Below, piece by piece: positions 39,387-53,010 of a DNA stretch of 64,000 bases. The DNA is taken from assembly GCA_964016885.1 (NCBI GenBank), contig OZ024752.1, forward strand, positions 19,964,001-20,028,000. The letters are read 5' to 3'. Position 1 is the stretch's first letter. The number at the start of each line of letters is the position of its first letter. A program made the position numbers and the translations under genes. The notes below the pieces were generated by a model. The model made no database searches and was not told the origin of the DNA. It was given only the letters and a program-made list of their open reading frames with translations. This stretch comes from Eledone cirrhosa. Taxonomy: Eukaryota.

Positions 39387-40550
39387 TTAACCCTTAAGCA
39401 TTTAAACCATCTGTATTGGGCCAGTATTCTCTCACCTTTTTCTGTCCAAACTGGCCATTACCAGCTGTTCATACTGATGTTAAGGTATTGTTCTCAAAAT
39501 AAATAATATCAAAATCTCGTAGATTTGATATTATATGAGATATAGTGTATACTGTGAAAATACTATAGTATATATATAGAGTAATAGTAAAGGGTTACTA
39601 TAGTATATATAGAGTAATGTAAATAATAAAGGGTTACTATAGTATATATAGAGTAATATAAATGGTAAAGGGTTACTATAGTATATATAGAGTAATGTAA
39701 ATAATTGTTTCTACGTTAGGCACAAGGCCAGCAATTACCCAGTGTATTACTGGTACTTTATTTTATCGACCCCGTAAGGATGAAAGGCAAAGTTAACCTC
39801 GGCAGGATTTGAACTCAGAATGGCAAAGGCCGTAACTCTATGCGCCAAAGCATGGCATCCGACACTCTACCAATACTGCCAATCCACCACCTATGAGTAA
39901 TGTAAATAATAAAGGGTTACAATAGTATATATAGAGTAATGTAAATAATAAAGGGTTACAATAGTATATATAGAGTAATGTAAATAATAAAGGGTTACTA
40001 TAGTATATATAGAGTAATGTAAATAATTGTTTCTACTTTTGGAAGAAGGCCAGCAATTATCCCAGTGTATTACTGGTACTTTGTTTTATCGACCCCCTCA
40101 GGATGAAAGGCAAAGTTAACCTTGGAGGGATTTGAACTCAGAATGGCAAGGGCCGTAACTCTATGCGTCAAAGCATGGCGTCCGACCCTCTACCGATACT
40201 GCCAATAGAGTAATGTAAATAATTGTTTCTACTTTAGGCACAAGGCCAGCAATTACCCAGTACATTACTGGTACTTTATTTTATCGACCCCGTAAAGATG
40301 AAAGGCAAAGTCAACTTCGACGGGATTTGAACTCAGATCATAAAGGGACGTAACTATGCTGGAAAACATGGCGTCCGACCCTCTACCGATACTGCCAATC
40401 CACCGCCTAGAGTAATATAAATGATAAAGGGTTACTATAGTATATATAGAGTAATATAAATAATAAAGGGTTACAATAGTATATATAGTAATATAAATAA
40501 TAAAGGGTTACAATAGTATATATAGAGTAATATAAATGATAAAGGGTTAA
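39387..40550. mobile_element. piggyBac-like MITE whose end is expanded into a ~39-bp minisatellite carrying three SINE insertions
   Basis: TTAA-CCCTT ... AAGGG-TTAA ends; body matches the unexpanded ~190-bp copy at 55723-55916 in reverse orientation. Confidence 0.8.
39703..40408 (-). mobile_element. Three tRNA-derived SINE copies (39703-39892, 40023-40206, 40218-40408)
   Basis: Same A/B-box and central domain as 17454; each flanked by GAGTAATGTAAATAAT-type direct repeats. Confidence 0.92.
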
Positions 40551-41025
40551 ATCAGAAACTGCTATTATGACAAACTTTTTACTAGCGTCTATTTTAGAAA
40601 CATTTATGATTGACTCTTTACTTACAATTGCAGCTTTTCATAGTTGAGTGAATATGGCATGACCTCACTGGGCCATGTAACACTAACATGATTATTTAGG
40701 AAGCAGGCAAATACATGAACTAGAAATAAAACAAACCTATGTGGGTTTATAAAAACTGCTACTTAAAATAAAATAATGACTGTATCAATGAAAGAATCCG
40801 CCAGAAAAATTCACTTAACTGTGAATAAACACATAGAAATATTTGTAGTATCCATCTACCATGTCAGACTACTAACAAAGCATGTTTTTTTTTGTTTGTT
40901 TGTTTTTAAATATTAGTCCTTTAACCCTTTAATGTTCAAACCGGCCAGAATTCTCTACCTTTTTCTGTTGAAACTGGCTGTAACCTCTTGAGTTTAGTCA
41001 CACTTTGTGACATTTCAGGCAAGTA

Positions 41026-41160
41026 GATTCAGTCATTAGTCTGTGGCCATGCTGGGGCACTACATACACTGGATTCAGTCATTAGACTGTGGCCATGCTG
41101 GGACACCACACTCTTTTACTAGATTCAGTCATTAGGCTGTGGCCATGCTGGGGCAAACAC
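41026..41160. repeat. Three ~48-bp tandem copies (GATTCAGTCATTAG.CTGTGGCCATGCTGGG)
   Basis: Direct. Confidence 0.8.
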
Positions 41161-41579
41161 CCTCGATTTAATTAATCATATCAACCCCAGTAATTATTTT
41201 TTCAAGCTTGCTACTTATTTTATCAATCTTATCTTTGTCAAACTGCTAAGTTATAAACACTGACACAGACACAAAAGTAAACACTGACTCAGACACATTG
41301 TATCCTGGTGTTTAGAATAGGTAGACTGTATCCCTGTATGTCATAAGAGGTGACTAAAAGGGTCAGAATCAGGAAGGGCATCTGGCTGTAAAACATTGCC
41401 CTGAAACATCCTGTCAAACCCCTACCAAAGTGGATGTAAAAATGATGAGTGGCTTGGTGGTTAGAACATTGGGCTGACAATTGTGAGGAAGTGAATTAAA
41501 TAATTATATGCTATTATAAATAATTAGTGGATGGGAGGAATGTGTGGGGGCAAAAGATAAAGTATTTGGTGAGCTGGAA

Positions 41580-42120
41580 AGAATGGGAAGGTGGCCATGT
41601 GCGGCATGCAGGAAGATTATTGGAGGAAACTCCATTAAATGTACAATATGCATTGGGTGGCTCCATTAAAAATGTAATGGTATAAAGGGATTATTAAATA
41701 ATGTGGAAGCTACATTTAAGTGCTATAGATGGAGAGGGTCTCGGAAATTGTGTGAAGATGGAAGGTGTGAAAATATTTTGTTACCTTAAACATATACTGA
41801 ATGGAGAAGGTGGATCAGATTATGCAACAATAACTACAGTGAGATGTGCATGGAAGAAGTTCCAAGAAGTGAGTGGAATGCTAGTGAAGAGAAAGGTGTA
41901 TGATACATAAGGATGAAATTGACTGAGTGAGAAGAGTAATGTAAATGGAAGTGAAAGGAAGTAGAGGAAAGGAAAAAACAAGAAAATGATAGTTGGAGAT
42001 GGTGAAGGAGGGACTGAAAACCAGGCGGTGGGGCTACAGACAATAGAACAAAATGGAGAAGTTTGTCATCAACAGACATAAAGTCTAACCCCTGCTTTAA
42101 CACAGGCAATGACCTTAACA
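41580..42120 (+). mobile_element. Old degraded RTE LINE fragment
   Basis: WPCAACRK..., FCYL..., VRCAWKKFQEVSG, DNRTKWRSL remnants. Confidence 0.65.
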
Positions 42121-42467
42121 TGCTTGTTGTTATTATTAATTTATTATAAATGTAAAATTATTTTAGAACAAAAGTAGAAATATTTTGTTGTATTGAATTA
42201 ACAATTCAAATACTATAGAAAGTGTAAAATAAGTGTGAAGGAGGGCATGACGAGCTGTTGATGTATTCTGTCCTTTATGAACATCTTACACTTAATTAAC
42301 AATCTCAAGTGTTAAACTTTAAGAAAAGCTATCTGGCTTTGTTACAGAATATTTTTTCGTACTTTAGTGTTTGACATGTGACACATCAAACACATGTTAA
42401 TATGGTTATCATATAAGAAAACATAAATGCACACCTGACGTCATTTTAGTACCAGGGGGATAAAACT

Positions 42468-43325
42468 AGAGGTGACAAGAGACGAGGCCTGAGTAGATGA
42501 GAGCTGAGGTGATGACAACTGGAGAGCTGAGGTAATAAGAGCTGAGGTGATGAGAGCTGAGGTGATGACAACTGGAGAGCTGAGGTGATGACAACTGGAG
42601 AGCTGAGGTAATAAGAGCTGAGGTGATGAGAGCTGAGGTGATGACAACTGGAGAGCTGAGGTGATGACAACTGGAGAGCTGAGGTGATGAGAGCTGAGGT
42701 GATGACAACTGGAGAGCTGAGGTGATAAGAGTTGAGGTGATGAGAGCTGGAGAGACGTGGGTTGAGGTGATGAGAGTTGAGGTGATGAGAGCTGAAGAGA
42801 CGAGAGTTGAGGTGATGAGAGATGGAGAGATGAGAGCTGGAGAGAGGAGAGTTGAGGTGATGAGAGCTGGAGAGATGAGGGTTGAGGTGATGAGAGTTGA
42901 GGTGATGAGAGCTGAAGAGACGAGAGTTGAGGTGATGAGAGATGGAGAGATAAGAGCTGGAGAGAGGAGAGTTGAGGTGATGAGAGCTGGAGAGATGAGG
43001 GTTGAGGTGATGAGAGTTGAGGTGATGAGAGCTGGAGAGACGAGAGTTGAGGTGATGAGAGCTGGAGAGATGAGAGCTGGAGAGAGGAGAGTTGAGGTGA
43101 TGAGAGCTGGAGAGATGAGAGCTGGAGAGAGGAGAGTTGAGGTGATGAGAGCTGGAGAGATGAGAGCTGGAGAGAGGAGAGTTGAGGTGATGAGAGCTGG
43201 AGAGATGAGAGCTGGAGAGAGGAGAGTTGAGGTGATGAGAGCTGGAGAGATGAGAGCTGGAGAGATGAGAGCTGGAGAGACGAGAGCTGGAGAGATGAGA
43301 GCTGGAGAGAGGAGAGTTGAGGTGA
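42468..43325. repeat. Purine-rich 15/22-bp degenerate minisatellite (GAGGTGATGAGAGCT)
   Basis: Direct; source of the LSSPQ and MRAGE ORFs. Confidence 0.93.
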
Positions 43326-43685
43326 GTGGATCTTAGTCAACCTTGTTCATTCCAGTCCATTGTTCAAATCTGTCACTTATTTTATCAACCCATGTTTGCT
43401 ACACAACACAAACAGTAAACATAAACACACACAAATTTAATAATAATAATGAAAATTATTGTGTACAGTGCTCAGGTGCACTACAACTCAACAAAGGTGC
43501 ATGTATAGTACATAGAGTAGTGTACAAATGTCAGGAAGTGGAGAGTGTATCAGTATAGTATACACACAGATACATTTTCCTCGACCTGAAGCTACAGTAG
43601 AAGAAACTTGCCCAAGGTGCCATGCAATGGGACTCAACCCGAAACCATGTTTGCAAAGTGAACTGTACCTACATATTGTAAAGGT

Positions 43686-44272
43686 AAGATGGTCTCTGAT
43701 GTATAGGAGCTACATGTACAAGATGGTCTCTGATGTGTTGGAGCTACATGTACAAGATGGTCTGTGGTGTTGTGTAGGAGCTACATGTACAAAATGGTCT
43801 GTGGTGTTGTGTAGGAGCTACATGTACAAGATGGTCTGTGGTGTTGTGTAGGAGCTACATGTACGAGATGGTCTGTGGTGTTGTGTAGGAGCTACATGTA
43901 CAAGATGGTCTGTGGTGTTGTGTAGGAGCTACATGTACAAGATGGTCTGTGGTGTTGTGTAGGAGCTACATGTACAAGATGGTCTGTGGTGTTGTGTAGG
44001 AGCTACATGTACAAGATGGTCTGTGGTGTTGTGTAGGAGCTACATGTACAAGATGGTCTGTGGTGTTGTGTAGGAGCTACATGTACGAGATGGTCTGTGG
44101 TGTTGTGTAGGAGCTACATGTACAAGATGGTCTCTGATGTTGTGTAGGAGCTACATGTACAAGATGGTCTCTGATGTGTTGGTGCTACATGTACAAGATG
44201 GTCTGTGGTGTTGTGTAGGAGCTACATGTACAAGATGGTCTCTGGTGGTGTTGTGTAGGAGCTACATGTACA
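43686..44272. repeat. 37-bp minisatellite (GGAGCTACATGTACAAGATGGTCTGTGGTGTTGTGTA), about 16 copies
   Basis: Direct. Confidence 0.95.
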
Positions 44273-44999
44273 AACTCTCCTCTTTCAATAAAGTAAAAAT
44301 AGATTTCTGAGGCACAATTACATTTATATACAGGAGTATAGTCTACTGTGAAGATATTCCCAATAAATTACTGGCATTTAATTCACACCCCCAATAGGAA
44401 CAGAAGTGGCCGTGCATGGCCAAATGGTAAAGGTGTTGGACTAATATTCACCTCCAAAGCGAAAATATTTTAGCACCTCATTTACATAGAATTTTGAAGT
44501 TGGTGAAAATTGGCAAAAGATTGACCTCGACATAAGTTTTCTTTGTTCCATATTTCGCAGCTTATATACAAGTATATATGGTAAGTTACCTCGTTTGGCC
44601 TAAGCAAATTGGCTGAGTCATTAGAGTACCAGTATTTGTTAAGGCTCTCTGTACTCCATGTTCAAATCCCACTAAAGTCACCTTTGCTTTTCAAGATCAA
44701 TAAATAAAGTACCAGTCCAGAAAGTGGGTTGGTAGAATTGTTAAAGAATCAGACAGAATGCTTTGCAATATCTGATCTGGCTTAGCATATTCTGATTTCT
44801 TATCCTGCCTCGTGCTGCCAGGAGTTTCAGCAATGGAAAGACCAATGAAAAGGTAATTTCCTTGATTCGTATATAAAAAAAAACAAGCAGCATAACATGT
44901 CTTCTACATTTGGTGGCTGTTGTAGTCCATTTCAGTATATAGAGTTTGGGAAGATGGGCAGTCCACATTTGGTTTGCTGGATGTGGAGGGTGGGTTGCA

Positions 45000-45300
45000 G
45001 GAATCATGAGAGCATGTTGGAGTTCAGGGTGTTTGCTAAGTGTTTTGTGGAGCAGGAGCAATAACAGTCTTACTGATATATAGAAACATAATGAGACATT
45101 CAACAGCTGATTTGAGATTCACACATTTGTTATCAATTGTTGTGAGACCATTAGTATAGTTGAGGTCAGTGACAGAAGTTTTATCCCAGAGTGACATTCA
45201 AAACATTCTTCTTAATCCAGTTGATGACACAATTGAAAAGTATAGGAAATAGAAGATAGTTTTCTCAGACACTAGTCTGCTAGTTTTAATGGAGTCAGCT
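45000..45300 (-). mobile_element. Highly decayed LINE RT remnant
   Basis: LFNCVINWI and DLNYTNG resemble RTE LFNIVIDWI / DLDYADD. Confidence 0.4.
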
Positions 45301-46057
45301 TGTTCAGAGTAACAGTAAACCTTTCATGCTTCTAGAGCAAAGACAATAACTACCAGTAATGTACCGAGGTCAATTTAGTCTATTATATTTCTCTCCTATG
45401 GGTCTGAGTGCTGTGTTTGTGGATATTATTAAATGGCTGATGACTGCCACAATTGCTAAAATAACAAAATGTCTTATAGTATATAATGTCCCTTTACATT
45501 TCAAGTTCATATTTCACAGGGGCTCCATTTTATTTTTCATCCTTCTGAGGTTAATAAAATAAGAGTCAGTCACATTAACAGGCTTAGTTTCAATCAGCTG
45601 CATTCCTTTCCTCCAAATGTATGGTGTCATGCTTATACAGAAATCATTATTATTACTATATCCTCATTAGGGTACAACCACCCTCTACTGACGTCATATT
45701 GTAACCCTAATACAGAAGGCTCAGTTTCAGGTTTCACATTTCTCTTTACCTACAATTATGACAATGGAAAGGAGCCTCTTATCAGATAGGATGAAGTAAA
45801 CAATGTTTCCTCTGGTCTTTCCATCACTGATACTATCTGGCAGTTGCAAATCTTGACAAAAAGTGGAAAGATTTAACTCAGATTATACAGAGCCAGATAA
45901 GCTACCACAAATTATCCCATCCAATTCTATAACAGCTCCACCAAGCTGGACTGATGTTTTATTTTATCAACCCTGAATGGATGAAAGACAAATTTGACCT
46001 CAGCAAGTTTTGCGCTCAGAACACAGAGAGCTAGAACAAATATCAAGTTATTTTAAT

Positions 46058-46566
46058 CATCATCATCATCATCAACGTATAACGTCCGTGTTCCACGCTT
46101 GCATGGGTTTGGACGGGGGTTTTCCCACTTGAGGCAAGAGTGATTGTCTTGCTCGCATAGGACTGTCTGGCGGGTTTTCTACAGCTGGATGCCCTTCCTA
46201 ACACCACCCACATTTACAGTGTGGGGCTGGGAGGTTTTTACCGTGTTGCCTACACGGCCACATTACAGCGTGGACTGTCTGGCGGGTTTTCTACAGTTGG
46301 ATGCCCTTCCTAACACCACCCACATTTACAGTGTGGGGCTGGGAGGTTTTTACCGTGTTGCCTACACGGCCACATTACAGCGTGGACTGTCTGGCGGGTT
46401 TTCTACAGCTGGATGCCCTTCCTAACACCAACCACATTTACAGTGTGGGGCTGGGAGGTTTTTACCGTGTTGCTTACACGACCACATTACAGCGTTGACT
46501 GTGTGTTTTTTTGTCGTGACACCTACACGATCTCATTTGTTTCGGCCTGGATGTTGTGGCACCAAC
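46058..46566 (-). mobile_element. 3'UTR of a second RTE family, with an internal 112-bp unit triplicated (46160-46500)
   Basis: Reverse complement of 47396-47687; (CAT)n tail on the left. Confidence 0.85.
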
Positions 46567-47065
46567 ATCTGCTTATAATTAATTTTAATGCTTAAAACTA
46601 TGGCTTCTGGATATTTGGTGTACATGGAGATTCCTATGAAACTTCACTGTTAACATCCTGTCATAATTTAGTAGAAAATATCTAAAAACAGGTTTGTTTG
46701 TTCAAATGTTTGTAGTATCTTTACTGGTAGACAGATCATTGTGAAAATTTGAAGTGTTAGAATAAACATTTAAATCTTTAATGTGATGCTGCTTTATACT
46801 TTTCAGGAATGACTTGCTAATGCAGGACGTTAAGAATTAGAGAATGCTAAAAACCCAGAAAGTGCAATATATTTCTATATAAATAATAATAATTGTTTCT
46901 ACTTTTGGCACAAGGCCAGCAATTACCCAGTGCATTACTGGTACTTTATTTTATCGACCCCGTAAGGATGAGAGGCAAAGTAAACCTTATTATAGTGTAC
47001 AGTGCTCAGGTGCACTACAACTCATCAAAGCACTACAACTCATCACTTTAAATGTTTTATATATG

Positions 47066-47100
<35 letters not shown>

Positions 47101-47102
<2 letters not shown>

Positions 47103-47687
47103 GCGTTGGTATGGACACGTGATGCGCATGAAAGTCGATAGCTGTATAACAAAGTGCAGGGCAATAAAGATAGACGGTAGCCACGGAATAGGCAGACCTA
47201 GAAAAACATGGGATGAGCTGATAAACTCCGACCTCACACACTTACACCTCTCCAAGACAATGTCACTGGACCGAGACCTTTGGCGGTACTCAGTAACAGA
47301 GAAGACCCGCCTTGCCAGTAGGCATCTCTAACAAAATACACCCCGTCCCGCCACCACCCCCACCCCATCCACACCACCCCGTTCTATGTAAAGTTATGTT
47401 GGTGCCGCGCCATCCAGGCCGAAACAAATGAGATCGTGTAGGTGTCACGACAAAAAAACACACAGTCCACGCTGTAATGTGGCCGTGTAGGCAACACGGT
47501 AAAAACCTCCCAGACCCACACTGTAAATGTGGTTGGTGTTAGGAAGGGCATCCAACTGTAGAAAACCTGCCAGACAGTCCTATGCGAGCAAGACAATCAC
47601 TCTTGCCTCAAGTGGGACTACCCCCGTCCAAACCCATGCAAGCGTGGAACACGGACGTTAAACGTTGATGATGATGATGATGATGAT
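47101..47687 (+). mobile_element. Young RTE LINE 3' end: ORF C-terminus, 3'UTR, (GAT)n tail
   Basis: LRWYGHVMRM...GRPRKTWDELI...DRDLWRYSV; CpGs retained. Confidence 0.88.
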
Positions 47688-47819
47688 ATATATACATGGT
47701 CTTGCAGACAAAATGAGTCAATTTTTACGATGCATAAAACTGGTTATAAATACTAAAATAATGGCAGTAGACAGATATAATTTTAATGTAACATTTATTA
47801 CTCAATATGGCCGCCCTTT

Positions 47820-47869
<50 letters not shown>

Positions 47870-48119
47870 ATGATGTAATAAACAACACAATACAATTATT
47901 CCATTTACCAAAGTTTTCATCAAGACAGGCGAGCTCAACAGAGGCATCTGAAATCGTTCATCAGAATGAAAATTTTAATATGGATGTAAGATATGAATTT
48001 AAAAACAAAGGCTACTACAACTGAAAGTGAGGCTGAAATAAATGAGCAAATATAAAATAAAATAACGGGAAAAATGTATATACACTGAAACTATGTAAGG
48101 TTAGGGGGTAAAAATAAAT

Positions 48120-48979
48120 ACATGTATATATATATATACATACATATATATATATACACACATACATACACACACACACATATATACATATACATACATA
48201 TATATACATATACACACATACATACATATATATACATATACACACATACATACATATATATATATATATACATATACACACATAGACACACATACATACA
48301 TATATATACATATACACACATACATACATATATATATATATATACATATACACACATACATACATATACATATACACACATATATATATACATATACACA
48401 CATACATACATATACATATACACACATACATACATATATATATACATATACATATACACACATACATACATATATATATACATACATATATATACATATA
48501 CACACATACATACATATATATATACACATACATACATATACACACATACATACATATATATATACACATACATACATATATATATATACATACATATATA
48601 TATACATATACACACATACATACATATATATATACACATACATACATATATATATATACATACATATATATATACATATACACACATACATACATATATA
48701 TATATACATATACACATACATACATATATATACATATACACACATACATACATATATATATATACATATACACACATACATACATATATATATACATATA
48801 CACACACATATATATATACATATACACACATACATACATATACACACATACATATATATATACATATACACACATACATACATATACACACATACATATA
48901 TATATACATATACACACATACAAATATATATACATATACACACACATATATATATACATATACACACATACATACATAT

Positions 48980-49024
<45 letters not shown>

Positions 49025-49144
49025 GGAGGTGAGTTTTATTGTAGTACAATAAAGCAATGCAGATATCGGATAAGAAGCACTCTACAGTTTGTAGGACTGG
49101 AGTATACATAATATATAAGAACTCTTTTAACCATCTTTTGTTCT

Positions 49145-49183
<39 letters not shown>

Positions 49184-49210
49184 CACACATACATATATAC
49201 ACACACATAC
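48120..49210. repeat. Compound (TA/CA) microsatellite
   Basis: Direct. Confidence 0.96.
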
Positions 49211-49280
49211 AATTTTAACAAAAGATGTTAAAATTTTGAGCATTTACGTTGTGAAATGTCTGGTAAAAGTGTATGATATA

Positions 49281-49472
49281 TGTATACGTATGCGTGAATG
49301 GAAGTGTGCTTAGTGGGATGTATGTATACGTGTGCGTGAATGTAAGTGTGCTTAGTGGGATGTATGTATACGTGTGCGTGAATGGAAGTGTGCTTAGTGG
49401 GATGTATGTATACGTGTGCGTGAATGGAAGTGTGCTTAGTGGGATGTATGTATACGTGTGCGTGAATGGAAG
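49281..49472. repeat. 42-bp minisatellite, about 4.5 copies, downstream of the Penelope-like ORF
   Basis: TGTATACGTGTGCGTGAATGGAAGTGTGCTTAGTGGGATGTA. Confidence 0.9.
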
Positions 49473-49629
49473 CATGTAGTGAAAGGCATATGCGAATATG
49501 TATATAATAAAAAGGGAAAAATATGTGTGTGATATATATGCATGTGAGTCTAAGTGTGTCTAGTGAGGACATAGATTTAATTTGAAAGAAAGAATGAAAC
49601 GGGCCGCTGGGATGTTGCAATACAGGTTT

Positions 49630-50075
49630 TTAAATTAGCCATTCCAGTGCACTTCTTTCCATTTGATTATTGATCCTAGGTTTTAATTGCTTGATCAAGA
49701 GGGCTTCCTTAATTCTCAGCGTGCCTATACTATGTTCAGTAGTTAAGATTGTGGTGGTAATGTTGTCCCAGTTTCCACATTTGATGATGTTTGCAGAAGG
49801 AAGAGTTGGTGTTAACATGCTCTTTAATACAGGGATGTAACGGTCAAATAGTGCTGCCTATGTAGAATAGATTGCACCTGTTACATTCTAGCCTGTATAT
49901 TATGTAGATACGTAGGCAACATTTAGTGTTGCAGATAGAACAATTGGCTAGGGTACATCCGTTATCCTAGTTGGGGAGTTGCCTTGTGGAGAGGCATCTC
50001 CTCAGGGAAGGTCCAGAGTGAGCTAGTTTGATATTGAGGCCCTCTCTCCTGATGGTTTTGTGTATGGCGTTGTAT
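49630..50075 (-). mobile_element. Penelope-like element fragment, GIY-YIG endonuclease
   Basis: IIYRLECNRCNLFYIGST...IKEH...LRIKEALLIKQLKPRINNQ; contains a stop and a frameshift. Confidence 0.85.
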
Positions 50076-50515
50076 GTATGTTTAGAGAGAGAGATAGAGA
50101 GTGAGTGAGAATGAGAGAGAGAGAGAGATAGAGAGTGAGAGATCAGGATTTTTCCAGTTTTAAACTAGTAAGACTATTATTCAACAGAGTACTCAATACT
50201 TGGGATAGTAGAGTGTAAATATATTAGAGAATCAAAATCTCAAGAGTTAACTCTCTAATATGTGTATATATGTATATATTGCTTATTATTAAAAACATTT
50301 TTAATCATTTGTTTTAATTACATTAAATGTAAAATCAACAATTAAACAAAAACTGTCACAGTTGATAGTGTTTAACATTTTGTTAGTTTTAATGCAGACA
50401 AAATTATTGTATGTGCACTTCCATCATAACTGCATGAATAACTGACTTGATATTGTCATAGGTAGGTGTGAACAAGAATTACACCATATGTAGGTAGATA
50501 AAATATCATCTAGTG

Positions 50516-53010
50516 GGAACTGGATGTTTTTTATCATGACACCTACACAATCACTTTATAGTGTGGACTGGGTGCTTTTTATTGTGGCACCAACACAATC
50601 ACTTTATAGTGTGCACTGGGTGCTTTTTATTGTGGCACCAACACAACCGCTTTACAGTGTGGACTGGGTGCTTTTTATCATGACACCTACACAATCACTT
50701 TATAGTGTGCACTGGGTGCTTTTTATTGTGGCACCAACACAACCGCTTTACAGTGTGGACTGGGTGATTTTTATTGTGGCACCAACACAACCACTTTACA
50801 GTGTGGACTGGGTGCTTTTTATCATGACACCTACACAATCACTTTACAGTTTGGACTGGGTGCTTTTTATCATGACACCTACACAATCACTTTACAGTGT
50901 GGACTGGGTGCTTTTTATCATGACACCTACACAATCACTTTATAGTGAGCACTGGGTGCTTTTTATTGTGGCACCAACACAACCGCTTTACAGTGTGGAC
51001 TGGGTGCTTTTTATTGTGGTACCAACACAGCAACTTTACAGTAGGAACTGGGTGCTTTTTATTGTGGAACCAATACAACCACTTTACAGTGTGGACTGGG
51101 TGATTTTTATTGTGGCACCAACACAACCACTTTACAGTGTGGACTGGGTGCTTTTTATCATGACACCTACACAATCACTTTACAGTTTGGACTGGGTGCT
51201 TTTTATTGTGGCACCAACACAACCACTTTACAGTGTGGACTGGGTGCTTTTTATCATGACACCTACACAATCACTTTACAGTTTGGACTGGATGCTTTTT
51301 ATTGTGGCACCAACACAATCACTTTACAGTGTGGACTGGGTGCTTTTTATTGTGGCACCAACACAACCACTTTACAGTGTGGACTGGGTGCTTTTTATTG
51401 TGGGACCAACACAACCACTTTACAGTGTGGACTGGGTGCTTTTTATTGTGGCACCAACACAATCACTTTACAGTTTGGACTGGATGCTTTTTATTGTGGG
51501 ACTAACACAACCACTTTACAGTGTGGACTGGGTGCTTTTTATTGTAGCACCAACACAACCACTTTACAGTGTGGACTGGGTGCTTTTTATTGTGGCACCA
51601 ACACAACCACTTTACAGTGTGGACTGGGTGCTTTTTATTGTGGCACCAACACAACCACTTTACAGTGTGGACTGGGAGCTTTTTATTGTGGCACCAACAC
51701 AACCACTTTACAGTGGGGACTGGGTGCTTTTTATTGTGGCACCAACACAACCACTTTACAGTGTGGACTGGGAGCTTTTTATTGTGGCACCAACACAACC
51801 ACTTTACAGTGTGGACTGGGAGCTTTTTATTGTGGCACCAACACAACCACTTTACAGTGGGGACTGGGTGCTTTTTATTGTGGCACCAACAAAACCACTT
51901 TACAGTGTGGACTGGGTGATTTTTATTGTGGCACCAACACAACCACTATCCAGTGTCGACTGGGTGCTTTTTATTGTGGCACCAACACAACCACTTTACA
52001 GTGGGGACTGGGTGCTTTTTATTGTGGTACCAACAAAACCACTTTACAGTGTGAACTGGGTGCTTTTTATTGTGGCACCAACACAACCACTTTACAGTGT
52101 GGACTGGGTGCTTTTTATCATGACACCTACACAATCACTTTACAGTGTGGACTGGGTGCTTTTTATTGTGGCCCCAACACAACCACTTTACAGTGTGGAC
52201 TGGATGTTTTTTTATCATGACAGCAACACAACCACTTTACAGCGGGGACTGGATGCTTTTTATTGTGGCACCAACACAACCACTTTACAGTGTAGACTGG
52301 GTGCTTTTTATTGTGGCACCAACACAACCACTTTACAGTGTCGACTGGGTGCTTTTTATTGTGGCACCAACACAACCACTTTACAGTGGGGACTGGGTGC
52401 TTTTTATTGTGGCACCAACAAAACCATTTTACAGTGTGGACTGGGTGCTTTTTATTGTGGGACCAACACAACCACTTTACAGTGGGGACTGGATGCTTTT
52501 TATTGTGGCACCAACACAACCACTTTACAGTGTGGACTGGGTGCTTTTTATTGTGGGACCAACACAAACACTTTACAGTGTGGACTGGATGTTTTTTGTC
52601 ATGACGCCAACACAACACTTTACAGTGTGGACTGGGTGCTTTCTATTGTGGCACCAACACAACCACTTTACAGTGTGGACTGGATGCTTTTTATTGTGGC
52701 ACCAACACAACCACTTTACAGTGGGGACTGGATGTTTTTTATTGAGGCACCAACACAACCATTTTACAGTGTGGACTGGGTGTTTTTTATTGTGGGACCA
52801 ACACAACCATTTTACAGTGTGGACTGGGTGCTTTTTATTGTGGCAACAACACAAACACTTTACAGTGTGGACTGGGTGCTTTTTATTGTGGCACCAACGC
52901 AACCACTTTACAGTGTGGACTGGGTGCTTTCTATTGTGGCACCAACACAACCATTTTACAGTGTGGACTGGGTGCTTTTTGTTGTAACACTAAAACGACC
53001 ACTTTCCAGT
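50516..53010. repeat. 42-bp satellite (TTTACAGTGTGGACTGGGTGCTTTTTATTGTGGCACCAACACAACCAC-type), about 59 copies
   Basis: Direct; homologous to the RTE 3'UTR motif seen at 26855-26910, 32370-32470 and 46210-46530. Confidence 0.97.

Noticed and set aside
42441-43340. LSSPQ-repeat and MRAGE-repeat ORFs
   Set aside because: 15-bp minisatellite open on both strands; no ATG start, splice context or unique domain
42436-45696. Two perfect CRE palindromes TGACGTCA (42436-42443, 45689-45696) upstream of the LRR exon
   Set aside because: About one 8-mer is expected by chance in 64 kb; TSS unknown; no supporting cluster
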